Positions 19,910 through 26,610 of a DNA stretch of 26,610 bases are shown piece after piece. The stretch lies in NCBI GenBank assembly GCA_040767085.1, contig JAXGPF010000023.1, positions 1 to 26,610 on the forward strand. Reading direction: 5' to 3'. Every line of letters starts with the position of its first letter. The stretch's first letter is position 1. The translations under genes and the position numbers were made by a program. Under the pieces are notes generated by a model, which was not told where the DNA came from, made no database searches, and was given only the letters and a program-made list of their open reading frames with translations. Origin of the DNA: Kiritimatiellia bacterium. Its GTDB lineage: Bacteria; Verrucomicrobiota; Kiritimatiellia; JAAZAB01.

Positions 19910-21682
19910 ATGAAAAGAAGCAATCGTTATTTCGGGATCGTGTGCCTGGCGGCGGCGCTGGTATGGTGCGCCGGCGCGGCGGAGCGTCACGTGGTCGAGC
20001 CGGGCACGCCCGGCGTCACGCCGGACGGCAATTACGAAACATGGGGCACCGCCGCCACCAACATCCAGCACGCCGTCGCCCGGGCCGTGGCCGGGGAAAC
20101 CATCTGGGTTTCCAATGGCCATTACCGCCTGACGAACGAAATCCTGGTGAATAAATCGGTCACCATCCGGGGCTGGAACGACGACCGCGCCGGCGTGATC
20201 GTTGACGGCAACTACAATGTCAACACCAACCGCTGTTTTTACCCCACCGCCACGAATGTTCTGCTGGCTTCCATGACGATTACCAACGGTTATGCCGCTG
20301 TGTCGCCGTTTTATGGCGGCGGTGTCCTGCTGGGCGGCAACAACAACACTATTTCGAATTGTGTCGTGACCGGCAATAAATCCCTGCAATATGGCGGCGG
20401 GGTGGCGGTATATAACTATGGCGACTATACCATCATTGATTCCACGATCAGCGGCAACCAGGTATTCGAGCAGGATGGCGGCGGCGTTCAGATGCGCCGC
20501 GGTATGCTTTTAATGACTAATTGCATCATCCGCGACAATATCGCAACCAATCCCGGTTGCCAGGGCGGCGGCTTTGCTCCGGCCACCGACGCCAAGGGCA
20601 GCCTGTGGAACTGCGAAGTAATCAACAACCATGCGGCGGCCAACGCCAACGGCGGCGGCGCCATGGGCTCCGGGAGCACATTCGTCAATTGCAGTTTCAT
20701 CAGCAACAGCGCCGGTTATTACGGCGGGCTGATGAGTGCCCGGGAAGTTCGGAACTGCACCTTCGCCTATAATCGCTCGACTTTCCGCCAAGGCGGGGGG
20801 CTGAGTATGTCGGGCGGCGGCAGCAGTCTGGTCTCCAATTGCGTGTTTTACGGCAACACCTGCAATTTAAGTTACGGCGCGGGCATATTAATCCGGAATC
20901 AAGCGGCGGAAATTGTGGATTGCATCATCACCAACAATACCAGCGATTGCAGCGTTGGCGGGTCCGCCCTGGGCGGCGGCGCCGGGATTGCGTTGGAAAA
21001 TGCCACGGGGATGGTGCGCAATTGCACGATCCGGGACAACCGGATCACCGGCCCGGTTTATACCGGCGGCGCGGGACTGTATAGCTTCGGCAACTCCACC
21101 GTCACCAGCATCAATTGCCGGCTGGAAAACAATTCCGGGCTGCAAGGCGGCGGCGCCCTGGTTTCCAATGCGGTGTTCCGCAACTGCCTGTTTGCCGGCA
21201 ATGCCGCCACCAACCAGGGCGGCGCGCTCTACATGCGGGGCGATGTGCAGGCGTTTAACTGCACCATCGCCGGCAATACCAATCTCTTGGCCGGCTGCGC
21301 GGCGGTGGCGGGAACGAATGCCGGCAATGTGCTGGTGAATTGCATTGTTCAATCAAACATCAACCTGGCCACGGGCGATGTCAGCAACCACCTGAATTCC
21401 GCGTATGTGTCGTTCACCAATTCCTGCACGCTGCCGTTGCCGGCGCTCGGCGCCGGCAATACCGATGCGGATCCGCTGTTTGCGGATCTGGCCCAGGGCG
21501 ACTACCGCCTGGCCGGGGGCTCGCCCGCGGCGGATGCCGGTCTGAACCAGCCTTGGATGATCCCGCCGGAAGACGGCAGCACGGACCTGGATGGGTACCC
21601 CCGGCTGGACCGGTTCACGCGGCTGGTGGACATGGGATGTTACGAGCGCGTACCGCGCGGCACGCTTTACGGCATCCGCTAA
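19910..21682 (+). CDS. Secreted right-handed parallel beta-helix repeat protein with choice-of-anchor-Q-like C-terminus (paralogue of 10591-12087)
   Basis: GGAGGAG RBS before ATG 19910, signal peptide MKRSNRYFGIVCLAAALVWCAGA, GGG/NC.I..N repeats, DPLF...DYRL...SPAADAG...DMGCYE. Confidence 0.88.
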   Translation: MKRSNRYFGIVCLAAALVWCAGAAERHVVEPGTPGVTPDGNYETWGTAATNIQHAVARAVAGETIWVSNGHYRLTNEILVNKSVTIRGWNDDRAGVIVDGNYNVNTNRCFYPTATNVLLASMTITNGYAAVSPFYGGGVLLGGNNNTISNCVVTGNKSLQYGGGVAVYNYGDYTIIDSTISGNQVFEQDGGGVQMRRGMLLMTNCIIRDNIATNPGCQGGGFAPATDAKGSLWNCEVINNHAAANANGGGAMGSGSTFVNCSFISNSAGYYGGLMSAREVRNCTFAYNRSTFRQGGGLSMSGGGSSLVSNCVFYGNTCNLSYGAGILIRNQAAEIVDCIITNNTSDCSVGGSALGGGAGIALENATGMVRNCTIRDNRITGPVYTGGAGLYSFGNSTVTSINCRLENNSGLQGGGALVSNAVFRNCLFAGNAATNQGGALYMRGDVQAFNCTIAGNTNLLAGCAAVAGTNAGNVLVNCIVQSNINLATGDVSNHLNSAYVSFTNSCTLPLPALGAGNTDADPLFADLAQGDYRLAGGSPAADAGLNQPWMIPPEDGSTDLDGYPRLDRFTRLVDMGCYERVPRGTLYGIR

Positions 21683-21753
21683 GCTGGTCTGCCGGCCGGC
21701 CGGACATGGCGCGCCGGATGCCTTGCTCCCGGTTTGGTTGCAGGAGACATACA

Positions 21754-24700
21754 ATGATGAAGCGGCTGTTTTTACCACTGATGATTTTGAGCCTGGCCGG
21801 CGCAACGGCGGTGGCGGCGGACGTTGAACGCCCGGTGCTGGCGGCGCCGCGCGTGGCCGCGCCGTCGGCGATTGACGGCGTGTTAAATGACGCCGCCTGG
21901 GAAGGCGCGGCGGCCATTGACCTGGATTGCGTCCTGGGCGGCGCGCCGGCGCCGGGCGTGTCCACACGCGTGCTGCTGGCGCGCGATGACGCCTGGCTGT
22001 ATATTGCCGCGCGGTGCGCGGATTCGTCCGGCGCAATCCGCGCGCAAAAAACCAATCGCGGCGACCCGGGCGTCGCCAATGACGACAGCCTCGAATTCTT
22101 CCTGGGCGCGCCGTCCGCCAAAACCGGGAAAGAATACCGCTATTTTCACTTCATGCTTGGCGCCGGCAATGCCGCGCGCGAGCAGAAAATCGAAAAAGGG
22201 CGTATGGATCCGGCCTGGACCACGGCCTGGCCCGCGGCCGCGCGCGTGACGGACGCCGGCTGGGAGGCGGAGGCGGCGTTGCCGCTTGCCATCCTGGCAG
22301 GCGGGCAGTTGGATGGGGTGGTGTTTAACGTGACGCGCAACAAGCAATCGCCCCCGGCGCGCGCCTATAGCTGGGCGGTTCTGGAAGACGGCGGCGGCCG
22401 CGCCGCCTATTACAACCCGGCGGCCTTCGGCCGGCTGGCCGGGCTGGAGGATCTCAAACCGCCGCCGATGTTTGCGCCGGTGGTCCTAACCGCGGTCAAC
22501 CAGGGCGGCTACATCGAGGATCGCGGCGCTTATTGTTACGCCGTCAGTTTGTCGGTGACCAACACCGGCGATCTGGCCGGCACGGTGGCATGGACCCTGG
22601 ATGACCGCCGCCTGCGCGATGGCGCCCGGACGGCCATTTCCGGCAGCGCGGCGCTGGGCGCCCGCGCCGGGACGAATTTGATCATATCCGTGCCGGTGGA
22701 TCTGCCGGCGGCGCGCACCGCGTTCGTGGCTATCCAGCCGGAATCCGCCAAGCGGCTGGAAGTCGGCGAAATGGGCCGGCTGTGCGTGCTGACCGCCTAT
22801 ACGGACCGGAACATGTATCACGCCGCCGATACCCGGGGGCGCCTGACGGTCGGGACCGTCTTTACGGATGGCGCCTTTGCCCGCGAACACCTGCGTCTTG
22901 CCGTCAGGCTCGATGGGGCGGATGCCGCCCGGCCGCTTTTTGAGCGGCAATTTGACGCCACCGCCAACCAGGGACTCAGTGTTGAATTCAAGCCGGCGGA
23001 ATTGCCGCCCGGCGATTACGTGTTCACGGTGGAACTATCGCGCGCCGGAACAGTTTTTGCCGGCGAAACCACCCGGTTCCGCGCCGCCGGCGCGCCGCCG
23101 GCCGGTTGTGCCGTGACACGCATGGACCAGGACAATCTCTGCCTGCTGGTGAATGACCGGCCCTTTTTTCCGCTGGGTTTTTGCAACCTGGGCGGCTATG
23201 GCAATGTGCTGGCCTTCGATGACCAGGCGCAATGCGTGATGGAAACCAATCTCCTGGAGCGCTTCCGCGCGGGCGGCTTCAACACCATCGTGGAGTGGGG
23301 GCGTAACCAGACCGGCCGGACGCGCGCCCGGCGGAATGAACCCTGGACGGCGGATACCGACAAACTGCTGGCGGAAGATATCCGCGCGGCCCTGGCGGAC
23401 TTCGGTGCGGCCGGACGCCACGGCCTGATGATCATGCCCAAAACCATCGGGCGGCTCAGTTACGGGCACAGCAGTGAAACCGTCAACCGGCGCGACCACG
23501 GACTGGTGATGGAAAAGTTGCCGCAGGTCATGCAGCCCTTGTCGGGGTTGACCAACCTGCTGGCGTGGCAGGGGATGGATGAAATGTTCGGCGGCATCTA
23601 CGAACTCGGTGAAGCACACGCGGCGCTGATGCATAACCTGGCGCCGTTTACGGCGATCTGGGCGTCCACCCGCGGGTTTTTCCCGGAGTTGCTGGACTTT
23701 TATGACGTGCCGGGCGTGCATGGTTATTGGGGGCCGGATTCCACACCCAACCACCTTGCCACCCGCATCCAGGGCGGAACGGCGACCGCCAAACTGCGCC
23801 GCCGGCCGGTCTTTGCCACGCCCCAGGGGCAGCGGCTGACGTACCGGCGCGAGCTGACGCCGGATGAGCGGCGGTGCGGCATTTATCTCACGCTGATCCA
23901 GGGCGCCAAGGGCGTGGTGTGGTTTGCATATCCGCATCCGTTCGAAATCGTGCATCCGATGACCTGGCGGGTGCTGGCCTACACCGCGCGCGAAATCGGC
24001 GCGCTGGCGCCGGTCTTGCTGCAAAATCCGCCGCCCCAGGCGGTAGCGGAAGCCGCGGCGCCGGCCGGCGCCGCAGTATCCTGCCCCCCCTTGCCGCCGG
24101 CCCGCACGCTGTTCGATCCCTCTTATGTCAGCTTGCGCGGACCCGGCAAGGATGCGATGCCGCGCATCCAGGCGTTGATTCACGACCAGCCCGGCGGCGG
24201 GGAATTGATTTTGCTGGCGAACAGCGGGGACGAACCGGTATTGCTGGAGGCGGCGCTTTCTTCGCTGGCCGCGGCGCCCGGCAAAACGCCGGTCCGCCCA
24301 GCGGCGGTGCGCGGGTATTTTTCCGGCCGCCAGCACGATTTGCGGGACGGCATCCTGCGGGACCGCCTGGAGCCCTATGCCGTCCGGGTGTATGCCGTCA
24401 GCGGCTCCAGCCGCCAGCCCGGCGCGCCGGTGGCCTTGGGGTGGCGCGCGGTTCCGGAAAGCGCGGCGGATGTCGCGACGCGGCAATATTACCAGGCGCT
24501 GGACCGGCGCGTCAACCTCGGCGCCGCCTATGAAAAGCAGGAAAGCGACGATATCTACAGCCCGGTGGACGATGCGGAGCAGACGCTGGTCAGGCAACGG
24601 GCCGGCGCCGTCAACCTGCTGGAAAATTCCAGCTTCGAGGCCTGCGCCCTGCCGGGGCTGCCGGACAACTGGATGCATAACTGGATCATGCGCGATTTCG

Positions 24701-25200
24701 GCGCGCGCTTCATGGGCGGCGTGACCAACGCGGCGTATGAAGGTTCGTATGGCATCCGGCTCCGTTATGAAAAGCGCGCCCGGCCGACGGTCTGCTACCG
24801 CTACTGGCTTGATTGGAAGTATGGCGAGACTTATACCCTCAGCGCCTGGATGAAAGCCGCGGGAACCGGCGCAGTCGCCAGCCTGTCCGTGTTGCCCACG
24901 GATATGGAATACGACGAATTACAGGGGTTAAGCACATCGGCGCCGGCCGGCCCGGAATGGCAAAGGGCGGTTTGGACCTTCACCATCCCGCCGGAGATGC
25001 AGGCCAAGTGGCGGAATGAAAAACGCCTGTGCGTCGGCTTCCGCCATGCCGACGCGTCAACGGACGCCGGGGATTTGCTGATTGACGCCGTCCAGCTTGA
25101 AAAGGGCGGCCAGGCCACGGCCTACCAGCGCGACGGCTACCATGCGCCGGCGGTGGACCCGAAATGGCTGTCGGATGAAGTATTCCGGGAATTGAACTGA
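21754..25200 (+). CDS. Large secreted protein (1148 aa): CBM9-like N domain, GH-like TIM barrel, C-terminal CBM4/9-like domain
   Basis: Start moved from 21340 to ATG 21754 (AGGAG RBS; signal peptide MMKRLFLPLMILSLAGATAVA-A). IDGVLNDAAW...DDAWLYIAARCAD...DDSLEFFL; LLVNDRPFFPLG...GFNTI...LLAWQGMDE...QGAKGVVWF; NLLENSSFE...YTLSAWMK...LLIDAVQLE. Confidence 0.8.
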   Translation: MMKRLFLPLMILSLAGATAVAADVERPVLAAPRVAAPSAIDGVLNDAAWEGAAAIDLDCVLGGAPAPGVSTRVLLARDDAWLYIAARCADSSGAIRAQKTNRGDPGVANDDSLEFFLGAPSAKTGKEYRYFHFMLGAGNAAREQKIEKGRMDPAWTTAWPAAARVTDAGWEAEAALPLAILAGGQLDGVVFNVTRNKQSPPARAYSWAVLEDGGGRAAYYNPAAFGRLAGLEDLKPPPMFAPVVLTAVNQGGYIEDRGAYCYAVSLSVTNTGDLAGTVAWTLDDRRLRDGARTAISGSAALGARAGTNLIISVPVDLPAARTAFVAIQPESAKRLEVGEMGRLCVLTAYTDRNMYHAADTRGRLTVGTVFTDGAFAREHLRLAVRLDGADAARPLFERQFDATANQGLSVEFKPAELPPGDYVFTVELSRAGTVFAGETTRFRAAGAPPAGCAVTRMDQDNLCLLVNDRPFFPLGFCNLGGYGNVLAFDDQAQCVMETNLLERFRAGGFNTIVEWGRNQTGRTRARRNEPWTADTDKLLAEDIRAALADFGAAGRHGLMIMPKTIGRLSYGHSSETVNRRDHGLVMEKLPQVMQPLSGLTNLLAWQGMDEMFGGIYELGEAHAALMHNLAPFTAIWASTRGFFPELLDFYDVPGVHGYWGPDSTPNHLATRIQGGTATAKLRRRPVFATPQGQRLTYRRELTPDERRCGIYLTLIQGAKGVVWFAYPHPFEIVHPMTWRVLAYTAREIGALAPVLLQNPPPQAVAEAAAPAGAAVSCPPLPPARTLFDPSYVSLRGPGKDAMPRIQALIHDQPGGGELILLANSGDEPVLLEAALSSLAAAPGKTPVRPAAVRGYFSGRQHDLRDGILRDRLEPYAVRVYAVSGSSRQPGAPVALGWRAVPESAADVATRQYYQALDRRVNLGAAYEKQESDDIYSPVDDAEQTLVRQRAGAVNLLENSSFEACALPGLPDNWMHNWIMRDFGARFMGGVTNAAYEGSYGIRLRYEKRARPTVCYRYWLDWKYGETYTLSAWMKAAGTGAVASLSVLPTDMEYDELQGLSTSAPAGPEWQRAVWTFTIPPEMQAKWRNEKRLCVGFRHADASTDAGDLLIDAVQLEKGGQATAYQRDGYHAPAVDPKWLSDEVFRELN

Positions 25201-25206
25201 CTGCTC

Positions 25207-26610
25207 ATGCAAGCCGAATTATTAACGACCTTGGACCTGGCCGGCGCGCCGGCCAACGAAATATTTCCGGCGGACATCAACAACGACGGCCGGCTGGAAT
25301 ATCTTTGCCTGCAATCGCCGGGGATTTACCAGTCAACCTTGTTCTCGCCGGGCAATCCTTTCTGGGACGCGCCTTACGGCGATGGCGACCGCACCCGCCG
25401 CGCCGACTGCTGCCTCACGGCGCTGGACGCCGCCGGCCGGGTGTTGTGGCGGTATGGCCGGCCCAAGCGCTACGCGGATGCGATGGAATGCTTCACCCAC
25501 ACGCCCGACCAATTGGTCTGGTGTGACGACCTTAACGGCGATGGCCGCCTGGAAGTCGCCTTGATTCACGGGCCGCGGCTGCTGTTGCTGGAAGGCGCCA
25601 CGGGTGCGATCCTCAAGCAGGCGGAGCTGGAATCGGATAACTTCGGGATCGTCCGCGGTTTTAACACACGCGCGGGCAAACGGCTGCTGGTGAAAAACAC
25701 CGAGCGCGGCGCGCCCGGATTCTGGTACGGCGATCCGGCGGCGATTTACGACGCCGATTTGAAACTCGTGGCGCGCCTTCCGAAAACCGTCGGCTCCGGG
25801 CACTCGCCGCGCGCGTTTGACCTGGATGGCGACGGCAACGACGAATTGCTGATCGGCTATGAAGCCTATGACGCCGGCGGCCGGCGGTTATGGCGGTTGG
25901 ATGCCGTGTCGGAAGAGGCATACGATCCGGACGCGCAGCATGTGGATCAGTTGCAGCTCGCGCTTTACGGGCCGGACCGCGAGCCGCGCGTCATCTATGC
26001 CGGCAGCCGCATGGCGTATGGCGCGACCCTGGCCGGCCGCTGCCGCTGGCAACTGGACCTGGGGCATCCGCAGCACGTCCTGGCGGGCCAATTCATCCCG
26101 CACCCGCGCCACCGGCAACTGGCCTTCCTGGGCAATCTCCGCGGGAACGCGCTCTTGATTGTACGCGATGACGGACTTCTGCTGAATGCCTTCAGCCCGG
26201 AGACGCTTTGGCCGGAGCTGCCCGGATTCGCCCGCAAGCCGCACAGCGGCGAGGGGATGCTGATCTATCCGCAGGGATGTGAAAACGGCTGCGATGCGAT
26301 CGTGCTCCGGGATTGGGGCTGGCCGCGCATGGTGGATGCGGATGGGCGCACGGTTTGCGAATTCCCCGCGCCGGCGCCGGAGTCCGCGCCGGCGCCTTCG
26401 CCGCGTTCCGCGGCGGAAATCGAACGTTACCGCAGCGACCGGATGCTGCCCGATGCGCCGCTGTGTCCGCGCGAAAGTTACGGGGTGCGCGTGGCGGATA
26501 TGGACGGCGACGGCCGGGCCGAGGTGGTGGCGCATAATTTGCGGCGGCTGTGGGTGTTCAAGCCGCCCGGGCCCGCCGCGGGCGCCGCGCATGCGCATGC
26601 GCGGCTGCGG
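25207..26610 (+). CDS. FG-GAP-repeat beta-propeller protein, rhamnogalacturonan lyase (PL11)-like; 3' truncated by window end
   Basis: My translation is open for 468 codons from ATG 25207 (MQAELLTTLDL...). Ca-binding repeats DINNDGRLE, DLNGDGRLE, GSGHSPRAFDLDGDGNDELLIG, DMDGDGRAEVV. No signal peptide. Confidence 0.85.
   Translation, partial: MQAELLTTLDLAGAPANEIFPADINNDGRLEYLCLQSPGIYQSTLFSPGNPFWDAPYGDGDRTRRADCCLTALDAAGRVLWRYGRPKRYADAMECFTHTPDQLVWCDDLNGDGRLEVALIHGPRLLLLEGATGAILKQAELESDNFGIVRGFNTRAGKRLLVKNTERGAPGFWYGDPAAIYDADLKLVARLPKTVGSGHSPRAFDLDGDGNDELLIGYEAYDAGGRRLWRLDAVSEEAYDPDAQHVDQLQLALYGPDREPRVIYAGSRMAYGATLAGRCRWQLDLGHPQHVLAGQFIPHPRHRQLAFLGNLRGNALLIVRDDGLLLNAFSPETLWPELPGFARKPHSGEGMLIYPQGCENGCDAIVLRDWGWPRMVDADGRTVCEFPAPAPESAPAPSPRSAAEIERYRSDRMLPDAPLCPRESYGVRVADMDGDGRAEVVAHNLRRLWVFKPPGPAAGAAHAHARLR

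Noticed and set aside
10591-21682. Diversity-generating retroelement or gene-conversion pair for the two beta-helix genes
   Set aside because: No reverse transcriptase is present. The similarity is at protein-motif level with many non-adenine differences, consistent with old paralogy.
21340-21753. N-terminal extension of the 1286-aa ORF
   Set aside because: Overlaps the beta-helix gene. ATG 21754 has an AGGAG RBS and a signal peptide.
2190-26598. Many long overlapping alternative-frame ORFs (e.g. 3216-4382, 12045-13550, 18896-19873, 23035-24678, 25888-26598)
   Set aside because: Typical high-GC shadow frames overlapping motif-bearing genes; Arg/Pro/Ala-rich or in-register antisense, with no domain signatures.

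Overview
Bacterial DNA with two parts. (1) 1-1930: a low-GC (my estimate ~38-40%) large serine recombinase gene bracketed by a perfect 81-bp inverted repeat. Its reading frame runs antisense through a complete tRNA-Ser(GCT). Upstream of the tRNA are a hairpin-packed ~142-bp spacer and a 39-bp duplicate of the tRNA's 5' half, which sits behind the tRNA promoter. (2) 2010-26610: a high-GC (~63-65%) glycan-utilisation-type region. It has two similarly built + strand operons, each led by a LacI-type sugar-sensing regulator and each containing one >1100-aa secreted multi-domain protein and one of two paralogous secreted parallel beta-helix proteins. A minus-strand GH20-like hydrolase lies between them. 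An apparently intact ISL3 element (17229-18762, 8-bp TSD) interrupts a URO-D/MtaA-family gene in its first codons. The last gene (FG-GAP/PL11-like propeller, from 25207) runs off the window and is missing from the ORF track. A PVC-superphylum host (Kiritimatiellota/Lentisphaerota-like) and a Patescibacteria-like origin for the recombinase are style-based inferences only. The most unusual structure is the tRNA-Ser locus. An assembly artefact at the left edge cannot be excluded.
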